A DNA stretch of 32,000 nt from Xylanibacter ruminicola 23 (GTDB lineage Bacteria > Bacteroidota > Bacteroidia > Bacteroidales > Bacteroidaceae): NCBI RefSeq assembly GCF_000025925.1, contig NC_014033.1, forward strand, positions 2,820,001 through 2,852,000. Direction: 5' to 3'. Below are positions 9,777 through 16,909 of this stretch, piece by piece (position 1 is the stretch's first letter; each line of letters starts with the position of its first letter). The translations under genes were made by a program, and so were the position numbers. Under the pieces are notes generated by a model. That model saw nothing but the letters and a program-made list of their open reading frames with translations, was not told the DNA's origin and did no database searches.

Positions 9777-10636
9777 TTTTTCTTCTTCGTAATTTTATTC
9801 TTTGAATACTTCTTCTTTAGGTTGACGCCAGGAAACTTCTCGTATAAGATACGGGTTTGAGGGGAAATCTTGACTTCATTTCCCTGTGCATCCCACATTC
9901 TTGTAACCCTCGCCGCCATACCTGTTATTTGTGACAAATGAGCAGAACGATCCCAATACTCCATCATCATGATTTCTGCTACACGTTCTGGCATATAGGT
10001 ATCAATCACACCCGATTTTGGCATTTTCATCTTGATTTCATGTCCATCACCCTTCTCTATGCCAATGCAGTTAAAACGAAACTTATCTTCCGAATCATAA
10101 GCATATAGCACCAAACCTGGCAGACCGCAGAATTTCCAAGGACCGTCGCTATAGGGCAAATCGAGTGTGTACCATACCGTCCAGATTCTACCTCTGAATA
10201 TGGTGGTAGCCTTATGGCAGGGATAGCCACATACAATAGAGTCGCCATCCAGCAGTTGCCAGTCAAATAATCCTTCTATCTTTTCACGACAAGACACCCA
10301 ACCAGGCATGTGGACAAACCGCAGATATCCTTCGTTAGGCGTATTCTTAAACACCTCATCACGCAATGTTGCATAGCCAGCATAGGGATCTTTGATTCGC
10401 TTAGCCATGATGTCGCTTTTGTTTTTAGTCAGAAATTCACCTATTATACTAATATATTGCGATGAGTGTTCGCCAATATCCAATCGCATCAGGTCTTTTT
10501 CCCTTTTAGCCACCTCTTCTACTTTCTGGTATTGCACCTCATAGGTAACCGACAGTTTGGTAACGTCTGACTGAGCATTAACCCCAGTCACACGCACAAT
10601 CAACGCTAATAGAATTAAAATAATCATTCGCATCAT
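9773..10636 (-). CDS. GLPGLI family protein (TIGR01200-like), paralog 1
   Basis: Signal peptide MMRMIILILLALIVRVTGVNAQ. Family motif ..GPWKFCGLPGLVLYA.. Lys-rich C-terminal tail KKKYSKNKITKKKK. The stop overlaps the OMP start (ATGA). Confidence 0.85.
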   Translation of the reverse strand: MMRMIILILLALIVRVTGVNAQSDVTKLSVTYEVQYQKVEEVAKREKDLMRLDIGEHSSQYISIIGEFLTKNKSDIMAKRIKDPYAGYATLRDEVFKNTPNEGYLRFVHMPGWVSCREKIEGLFDWQLLDGDSIVCGYPCHKATTIFRGRIWTVWYTLDLPYSDGPWKFCGLPGLVLYAYDSEDKFRFNCIGIEKGDGHEIKMKMPKSGVIDTYMPERVAEIMMMEYWDRSAHLSQITGMAARVTRMWDAQGNEVKISPQTRILYEKFPGVNLKKKYSKNKITKKKK

Positions 10637-10659
10637 TATCTGATTTTAGTTTTCTGCGG

Positions 10660-10667
10660 CAAAGGTA
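10660..10667 (-). promoter_or_regulatory. -7 promoter box (TAccTTTG on the minus strand) of GLPGLI paralog 1
   Basis: Plus-strand caaaggta lies 24 nt upstream of the ATG at 10636. The same surrounding sequence is duplicated upstream of paralog 2. Confidence 0.5.
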
Positions 10668-10696
10668 TATAAAAACCCCGATAGCCTGATAAAACC

Positions 10697-10717
10697 ATAG
10701 TTTGCAAATAGTTTGCA
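10697..10717 (-). promoter_or_regulatory. Tandem direct repeat ATAGTTTGCA x2 with 11-bp phasing, a candidate activator site upstream of the paralog 1 promoter
   Basis: ATAGTTTGCA at 10697..10706 and 10708..10717. The element is conserved at 12016..12034 upstream of paralog 2. Confidence 0.4.
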
Positions 10718-10882
10718 TTTGATTGTTTGCCCCGTTTTTGTTCCCACGTGAGGGAATTTTTGCGCCCTCACGAGGGAAATAATTTTTCTATTAATAGTAG
10801 CATATAGCAGGAGCGCCGTCATTGTACGGCAGTATCTGGCAGATAGTATGGCAGTATCTGATAGAAAGTCGTAATGCAGGGT

Positions 10883-11054
10883 AGAAACAGGGAAACAGGG
10901 AAAACGGGAATCGGGGTGGTTTTAGAACGCAACGAGGAAAGCTAATAATTGGATAAATGATACGATTATCATTTTTAATTATATATACCTATCTATAAGC
11001 TTACGCTCGCTGCCAAACCATACCTACTCCACGTTTCCCTGTTTCCCTGTTTCT
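10883..11054. repeat. Perfect 21-bp inverted repeat (AGAAACAGGGAAACAGGGAAA / TTTCCCTGTTTCCCTGTTTCT) flanking a 130-bp AT-rich segment
   Basis: Left arm 10883..10903, right arm 11034..11054; exact reverse complements, checked base by base. Each arm is itself a GAAACAGG tandem repeat. Confidence 0.85.
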
Positions 11055-11120
11055 CAGTTTCGTTAGCTAATAAATACTACTATCAGCATAAGTTCACAGC
11101 TAGCGAGGATGGTTTCATAA

Positions 11121-11948
11121 TTATTTCTTTTTACGCGAGCGGGGATTAGTTTTATTTTTCTTCTTGTGGTTTTGAGGGAATATTTCGTAGGGAATGGCTG
11201 TTTTGGGTGTCCACTTATAATGCCGGCCTTTTGCGTCGATTCTGTCTGTGATACGTCCTCCAGACATTGCATAAACATAAGCATCATTGTCGGCTGCTTC
11301 GAATAAGAGCAATTCTTCTGCTTTCTCTGGGGTTACTAATCGTATTCTTTTTGATGCAGGAAAAGAAAAAGTGTGTCCATCGCCTTTCTCGATGCTGGTG
11401 CAGTCGAAAATAAACTGTCGTGTACTATCTTGGGCATGAAGTATCAGCCCAGGCAAACCGCATAATTTCCAAGGGCCATCGTTATATGCCAAATCAAGTG
11501 TATACCATGCAGTCCAGGTTCGACCGCGAAATGTGGTCTGAGCTTTGTGGCAAGGATATCCACAAACAATAGAATTGCCCTCGACCAACTGCCAATCAAA
11601 CAGATGGTTGATAGAATCCTGAGTGGTTATCCAATACGGCCAATGCATGGCTGTGACAAGCCCTTTGTTAGGCATATTCTTGTAAACCTCTTCATTCTTA
11701 ATCTTTGTTCCTGGATAGGGAGCTTTGCCTACGGGATTAAAATTATACCACTCTGATACCTTACTATAATAACGCGAAGTATTTGTGCCAATATCAAGCT
11801 GAGCGATGTCTCTTGACAGCGAATCATCTTCGGCATAGTTCAGATAATGCACCTCGTACGTCACCGACAGTTTGGTGATGTCTGACTGAGCATCAACACC
11901 AGCCACACGTGCAATCAACATCAATAATAATAGAAATATCATTTTCAT
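11121..11948 (-). CDS. GLPGLI family protein (TIGR01200-like), paralog 2
   Basis: MKMIFLLLLMLIARVAGVDAQSDITKLSVTYEV.. is collinear with paralog 1 (FDWQL..SIVCGYPCHKA..FRGR.WT.WYTLDL.Y.DGPWK.CGLPGL). Lys/Arg-rich tail NHKKKNKTNPRSRKKK. Confidence 0.85.
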   Translation of the reverse strand: MKMIFLLLLMLIARVAGVDAQSDITKLSVTYEVHYLNYAEDDSLSRDIAQLDIGTNTSRYYSKVSEWYNFNPVGKAPYPGTKIKNEEVYKNMPNKGLVTAMHWPYWITTQDSINHLFDWQLVEGNSIVCGYPCHKAQTTFRGRTWTAWYTLDLAYNDGPWKLCGLPGLILHAQDSTRQFIFDCTSIEKGDGHTFSFPASKRIRLVTPEKAEELLLFEAADNDAYVYAMSGGRITDRIDAKGRHYKWTPKTAIPYEIFPQNHKKKNKTNPRSRKKK

Positions 11949-11976
11949 CCTGAATTTGATTTTGGTTTATCGGCGG

Positions 11977-11984
11977 CAAAGGTA
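11977..11984 (-). promoter_or_regulatory. -7 promoter box (TAccTTTG on the minus strand) of GLPGLI paralog 2
   Basis: Plus-strand caaaggta sits within a block (cggcaaaggtatataaaaac.ccgatagcctgat) that is duplicated from the paralog 1 upstream region. Confidence 0.5.
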
Positions 11985-12015
11985 TATAAAAACTCCGATA
12001 GCCTGATGCTACCGG

Positions 12016-12034
12016 AGTTTGCAAATAGTTTGCA
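12016..12034 (-). promoter_or_regulatory. Tandem direct repeat AGTTTGCA x2 with 11-bp phasing, second copy of the candidate activator site
   Basis: AGTTTGCA at 12016..12023 and 12027..12034, in the same position relative to the -7 box as at paralog 1. Confidence 0.4.
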
Positions 12035-12042
12035 TTTGGAGT

Positions 12043-13635
12043 TTAGAGGGTGCGAATTACCTCGTCCCAGTCTTTTGCACTGGCTTTTTTGCCAAATGTC
12101 TTTTCGTACAGACGACTGCGAACGGTTGATATGGCAGCCTTGCTGCGGAGGGTGAGTGTGGCAATTCTAACAGGTTCGAAACCTGCTTTTAGCAACAGAC
12201 TGACATGCAGTTCGTGAGTAGATGGATGACACAGATGCATCAAACGTCCTGTGAATCCATCATATACCTCATCGATGGCCTCCGATAGACTTATCCAATC
12301 ATCATCTGTTGGATGCTCACTATCAGGCAGCGTAGCCAGTCGTTGCCATATCTCTGTACTCTCTATCGTTTGTTCGGCTCGTTTTATCTCTTCTACGTCG
12401 GCCTTGGCATAGTTCTTTTTCAACTGTTGCAGGTGCTGGATACGCATCTCCATCAGTTCCTGGCGACGGCGATGACGCTGGATATAGGTAGCAAAGAGCA
12501 CTACGATAATCACCACCACAGCTATACCTATTATAATAATCGACAGTTTAAAGTTGTTGTCGGCTTTCAGCTGCACGTTTTCTTCGGCCTGTTTCTGATT
12601 GTTGTAGAAAGCGTCGGCCTGGGCGATGGCCTCGTTGTTGGCGATAAAGTTCAGTTCATCGTTCAAATCCTTATAACGTGTGAAATGGTCTTCGGCCTCG
12701 GCTGCTTTACCTTGTTGGATAGCGATATGAGCCAGAATCTCATGAACATCGCGCCTGCTAACAGAGTTGCCCTCGTTCATCACTCTCTGAGCAAAGAACA
12801 GAGCAGAGTCAATACTTCCTGTGTGGTAATATACACTTGCTAACAAGGCATCAACCTTATGACGCCCGCCTTGCATTTGCTTATCCTTCAGGGGGAGAGC
12901 CAATCCCTTGGCAGCATTATACTGCCCGCTTTCGCAGTAGTAGCTGGCCATATCGAACCTTAGTTCGTCTTGTTCATCAAACAGTCCGGCTTTTGTGGCT
13001 AAGACAAATGCGTCGTTAAGGTACGATAACATACCTCTTGGCACGCGTTCCATCTTAAACGACTGACTGATATAGCGTATTGCATGAATCATGCTGAGTG
13101 TGTCGCCCTGATTTTCAGCATAGTGCAGAATGTAATTGGCATAGCGATTGGCAACATCGGGCATATTCTGGCGCAGCAGCAGTTTCACCATCCTTTCGTA
13201 TAAATCGATATGCTGAGGCGTGATTTCGGTTGGCAACAGCTCTTCGGCCTTATGATAATAGGCGATTGCCTTAGGACCATCGCTGCAGTTAGCTGCTATC
13301 GAACCAGCTATGATATAACTACGTATCAGTTTTTTCTTATCGCCTACCTCCTCGTAATAATCCACTATTTCGTCAGCTGCCTTGAAGTTGCGTTCAGGCG
13401 ACAGCTCGTTGTTCATCTCAAGTGCCAACAGCATATAATAATGCTTCACATAATCGGCACAATTATCCGTCTGTCCCTTCAGTTGGGCCAGTTCTTTTCG
13501 AGCTAAGTCGCGATTATGTCGATGATCAATCTTGTCGAGCTCGTGGTAATAATACTTGTTGCCGCTATAATGGCAACCCGATAAGAGCGTGATGGCAAAC
13601 ATTACCATCAATCCTTGAAAACATATCTTTTTCAC
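12043..13635 (-). CDS. Membrane-anchored regulator: lipoprotein signal, periplasmic TPR domain, single TM, coiled coil, C-terminal LuxR/GerE-like HTH; no receiver domain
   Basis: GTG start. Lipobox LLSGC after MKKICFQGLMVMFAIT. TPR-like repeats. TM segment LSIIIIGIAVVVIIVVLFATYI. C-terminus HELHVSLLLKAGFEPVRIATLTLRSKAAISTVRSRLYEK resembles the HTH tail of Bacteroidota TPR regulators. Confidence 0.65.
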   Translation of the reverse strand: MKKICFQGLMVMFAITLLSGCHYSGNKYYYHELDKIDHRHNRDLARKELAQLKGQTDNCADYVKHYYMLLALEMNNELSPERNFKAADEIVDYYEEVGDKKKLIRSYIIAGSIAANCSDGPKAIAYYHKAEELLPTEITPQHIDLYERMVKLLLRQNMPDVANRYANYILHYAENQGDTLSMIHAIRYISQSFKMERVPRGMLSYLNDAFVLATKAGLFDEQDELRFDMASYYCESGQYNAAKGLALPLKDKQMQGGRHKVDALLASVYYHTGSIDSALFFAQRVMNEGNSVSRRDVHEILAHIAIQQGKAAEAEDHFTRYKDLNDELNFIANNEAIAQADAFYNNQKQAEENVQLKADNNFKLSIIIIGIAVVVIIVVLFATYIQRHRRRQELMEMRIQHLQQLKKNYAKADVEEIKRAEQTIESTEIWQRLATLPDSEHPTDDDWISLSEAIDEVYDGFTGRLMHLCHPSTHELHVSLLLKAGFEPVRIATLTLRSKAAISTVRSRLYEKTFGKKASAKDWDEVIRTL

Positions 13636-13641
13636 TATTCT

Positions 13642-15546
13642 TTAATTTGTATTTGGGATGGTGAGGATGAAGCGACAGCCAGAGTGGTAGGTGGTGTCGA
13701 GAACTACATCGCCGCCTAGGTTCTGGGCGTGGCGCTTGGCTAGCGGCAGGCCCAAGCCGAGACCTTCGGAGAGGTCATCGACCTTGGTAAAGAACTTAAA
13801 GAGGTGTTCTACTTCGGCCTCAGGGATGCCGTTACCCTGATCCTGAACCGCAAAGCTAACCATAGCCTCATCGGCCGATACCTGCAACTCAACATGCTTT
13901 CCGTCGGAATACTTGGCGGCATTGTACATCAGCTCCAACAACGCATGCATAAAATAGGTGCGGTTGGTAAGCACACTGAAATCGTCGGCCAGTTGCGACT
14001 GGATGCTGATACTAACACCAGGATAGCGCTGGCGCACCACATCTGCAGCCTGATGGGCCTCTTGTACACACAGCAGCGTGTCGGTTTTATCGCAATTCAT
14101 CTCCTCGTTCAATCCAGAATCAGAGCTGTCAAACAGCATCTGCACCATGCGGTTAAGCTGGGTGGCATTATGGTTCATGGTATCGGTAACATTCTTCAGA
14201 TCGTCGTCCGACAGGTTACCGCTACCAGCATCGCTCAGCACCTGAGCAAAGCCCATAATGATATTCAGCGGCGTGCGTATCTGGTGGGTAACGTTCTGTA
14301 TAAAAGTGGTCTTCTGGCGGTCGGCCTCCTGAGCCATACGGGTGGCCTGCAGCAGTTCCTCGTTGCGCTGGCGGGTCTGGTCGCTCACAAAGCGCACACT
14401 CTTCATGTGGTAGTTAAGCGATTCCAGCATCTGTGCAAAGCTGTTCTGCAAACGGCCTATCACATCGATACGTGTGGTGCGAGGGATAGTAACATCCATA
14501 TTACCAGCTGTAATGCTCTGGGTTTTATCCAGCAGCTCGTGCAGCGGACGGATGGTATGAGCCATAGCGCGATGACTCAACAGAATAATCACCAGCAAGC
14601 CGAGTACCAGCAGCGATACCACGATATAAATCAGTCGATGGTAACCTTCCATCACATCGCTATCAGGACACACAATAGCCAGGCTCCACTTGGTGCCAGG
14701 CACAGGCTGGTAGCACACGATGCAATCGGCACCATCCATGTTTACCATCATATTACCCCTTTTGCCGCTGGTCATCTCGTGGCCCAGCACTATCTGGTCG
14801 GCCTGTTTGCGGGTATCGGCGCCCGTAAAGATGGTTTGCTTAAACAGCAGCGTAGAATCGGGATGCACATAGTAGCGGCCATTCTCGCCTATCAGCATGA
14901 AATAAGAATGGGGATAGGGTTTCATAGCCGACATTTCGTGCGAGAGTCGCAACAGCGAGAGGTCGGTAGAAATCACACCCACAAACGCGCTATCGGCATT
15001 ATAAAGCGGTTTGCAATACGATGCCAACATGCCATCGAGGGTGAGCTCCAACGAGTCAACCTCATCGTAATATGCCACCCAGCAGGCATCGCGCAGCTGG
15101 TGGGGCGTTTTATACCATACCTTATTAAAATAGTCGTAGGGCTCTTCGATAACCGTGGTTACCGAGTCGGCTTTACGTACCGAGTAAGCCGAGAAATAAC
15201 GTCCGTACTGGGGGAACATATCAGGCTGGGCACTGATAGAGCAGCCGTCGATATGGGGATTGAGACTCACGATACGATTGGCGAAATACAACAGCGAGTC
15301 GGGTGTAAACACCTGCTCTACCTGCCACAGGTTGGCATTGGTAGCCGTCTCGATAGTCAGGAAATGCCGGTTAAGCTGCTGCATGGTGGCATTCAGTACG
15401 CTACTGGCATGCCCGATGGCCTCGTTACGAATCATTTTTCGCGACTGGGTGAACAGCACGCCCAGCGAGATGACAAAGATGGGGGCAGCCAGAATCAGGA
15501 GTGCCACGCTGAGTTTGGTTGAGAACGACTTACGGATATTAATCAT
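13642..15546 (-). CDS. Sensor histidine kinase (TM, double-Cache-like periplasmic domain, TM, HAMP, HisKA, HATPase_c)
   Basis: H-box FIQNVTHQIRTPLN (His codon 14284..14286). N-box LELMYNAAKYS. G1 box VQDQGNGIP. G2 box GLGLGLPLAKR. Two hydrophobic segments flank a periplasmic region of about 270 aa with Cache-like W/Y/HPD pattern. Confidence 0.9.
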   Translation of the reverse strand: MINIRKSFSTKLSVALLILAAPIFVISLGVLFTQSRKMIRNEAIGHASSVLNATMQQLNRHFLTIETATNANLWQVEQVFTPDSLLYFANRIVSLNPHIDGCSISAQPDMFPQYGRYFSAYSVRKADSVTTVIEEPYDYFNKVWYKTPHQLRDACWVAYYDEVDSLELTLDGMLASYCKPLYNADSAFVGVISTDLSLLRLSHEMSAMKPYPHSYFMLIGENGRYYVHPDSTLLFKQTIFTGADTRKQADQIVLGHEMTSGKRGNMMVNMDGADCIVCYQPVPGTKWSLAIVCPDSDVMEGYHRLIYIVVSLLVLGLLVIILLSHRAMAHTIRPLHELLDKTQSITAGNMDVTIPRTTRIDVIGRLQNSFAQMLESLNYHMKSVRFVSDQTRQRNEELLQATRMAQEADRQKTTFIQNVTHQIRTPLNIIMGFAQVLSDAGSGNLSDDDLKNVTDTMNHNATQLNRMVQMLFDSSDSGLNEEMNCDKTDTLLCVQEAHQAADVVRQRYPGVSISIQSQLADDFSVLTNRTYFMHALLELMYNAAKYSDGKHVELQVSADEAMVSFAVQDQGNGIPEAEVEHLFKFFTKVDDLSEGLGLGLPLAKRHAQNLGGDVVLDTTYHSGCRFILTIPNTN

Positions 15547-16891
15547 GATCGGCCTCCTTTCTCATTTCATCGTCCGACATCGATATCAGATTCTTCAGCA
15601 GCTCGGTGATGGCCTTACCCTTCTTCTGTACATCGCTCACCAACTGGGCTGTATCACGATCCGACTGACTGCAAAGCTGCTGCACATCCTGTTCGATGGC
15701 AACGGCAGGTTCCATCATCTGGTTGGTCATGTTATGTAGGAACGAGGTTTTCATACGGTCGGCCTTCTTAGCCTGATCGTAAGCCTTTCGCAATCCCTCG
15801 CAGCGCTGATACAGGGTATTCTTCAGACTCTCCAGCTCGTCTATCTGGGTGGCCAGCGAGCGTTGCATCAGCTGGAAGTTGTCCTGCAAACGTCCCACCT
15901 CATCAATATGCTTGCTATCAGGGATGGGTTCGCTAAAGTTACCTGCGGCAATATGCTGCGCCTGGGATGTAAGCATGAGCAGAGGCTTCAAGCGGCTCTT
16001 GATAACCGCATGACTCAACAGGAACGTCAACAGCAGGCCTATAATACTGATAACCAGCACATAGTACTGCAAGTTGTTGTAATCGCCAAAGATGTCGCGC
16101 TCTGGATAGATAATACCAGCGCTCCACCCCAGATGGCCGATGGCGCGGCCGCGCACACTGCTACGACTGAAGGGCTTGAAGTACACATAGAAATCGGTGC
16201 CCCACAAACGGAATGTGCGATAATCGGTCTGGCCGGCAATCATGGCCTGCACAGCCTCGCCAAGTTCAGCGTTGGCATTAGCCTTAGATATCTCAATGGC
16301 CGACTGCTGCATCAGCTGCTCAGCATCGGGATGCACAATAAAGTTGCCCACACTATCGAGCAGCACACAGAACGAGTTTTCGGAAGGTTTGGTCTGAGCC
16401 ACAATGCGCGAGAGCAAACCTATCGAAACATCGGTACTGACGTAACCCGCAAGCTGCCCTGCAGTATTATACAACGGCACACTGAAACTGATAAGCGGCT
16501 CCTTACCCTCCTGGACAGGTTTTACGGTCCACTTCGACTCTTTTATTGTAGTGTCGCCAAGGGCGATGGTGCAATCGGCCACGTAAGGGTTACTGTCTAT
16601 GAGTTTGCGGCGATAGAGTTCCAATGCCTCAGGATTGTTGATACGAGATGGCAGACTGTAATACACATTACCCGTAGCCTGCTCAACACTCAGCAGAATG
16701 TTATCGATATTCTGCACCGTGCCATCCAGCGTCTGGGTAACGCGGGCCATGGTTTCTTCCTTTACCTTTTTTCGCGAGTAAAGCAGCATGACTACCAACG
16801 AGGCTATGAGCAGAACGGCCATAGCCGAGACAGCCATCAGACTGATTTTGACTGATAGGCGGCCTTTGATAAAGTTAGTTAGTTTAGTCAT
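15539..16891 (-). CDS. Degenerate sensor paralog (TM, Cache-like, TM, HAMP, HisKA-like helix with His replaced by Asn); no ATPase domain
   Basis: Same N-terminal architecture as the adjacent kinase. The H-box equivalent is FLHNMTNQMMEPA (Asn codon 15722..15724). The protein ends about 60 aa later. Its stop overlaps the kinase ATG by 8 nt (GATCATGATTAA). Confidence 0.75.
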   Translation of the reverse strand: MTKLTNFIKGRLSVKISLMAVSAMAVLLIASLVVMLLYSRKKVKEETMARVTQTLDGTVQNIDNILLSVEQATGNVYYSLPSRINNPEALELYRRKLIDSNPYVADCTIALGDTTIKESKWTVKPVQEGKEPLISFSVPLYNTAGQLAGYVSTDVSIGLLSRIVAQTKPSENSFCVLLDSVGNFIVHPDAEQLMQQSAIEISKANANAELGEAVQAMIAGQTDYRTFRLWGTDFYVYFKPFSRSSVRGRAIGHLGWSAGIIYPERDIFGDYNNLQYYVLVISIIGLLLTFLLSHAVIKSRLKPLLMLTSQAQHIAAGNFSEPIPDSKHIDEVGRLQDNFQLMQRSLATQIDELESLKNTLYQRCEGLRKAYDQAKKADRMKTSFLHNMTNQMMEPAVAIEQDVQQLCSQSDRDTAQLVSDVQKKGKAITELLKNLISMSDDEMRKEADHD

Positions 16892-16909
16892 ACTTACCTA
16901 CGTTTTTGT

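Noticed and set aside
10904-11033. A definite invertible promoter
   Set aside because: No TAnnTTTG box is present inside the inverted-repeat-flanked segment in either orientation (the closest is TAtggTTTG, with wrong spacing). No invertase gene is nearby. It is therefore reported only as a candidate needing read-level evidence.
10637-11120. CRISPR-like or array interpretation of the periodic repeats (also at 30177..30255)
   Set aside because: The repeat units are only 8-11 nt with 11- or 22-bp phasing and at most three copies. There are no spacers of CRISPR size and no cas genes.
11063-11287. 74-aa minus-strand ORF overlapping the 3' end of GLPGLI paralog 2
   Set aside because: It is out of frame inside a well-supported gene and runs into the repeat-rich spacer, with no supporting signals.
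13804-15522. 572-aa ORF on the plus strand
   Set aside because: It lies entirely antisense to the histidine kinase gene, which has clear H/N/G1/G2 boxes. The translation is low-complexity (rich in H, Q, L, G, R) with no recognisable motifs. This is a typical shadow ORF opposite a gene of this codon bias.
15863-16855. 330-aa ORF on the plus strand
   Set aside because: It is antisense to the Cache/HAMP sensor paralog. It has no motifs and no promoter box, so it is a shadow ORF.
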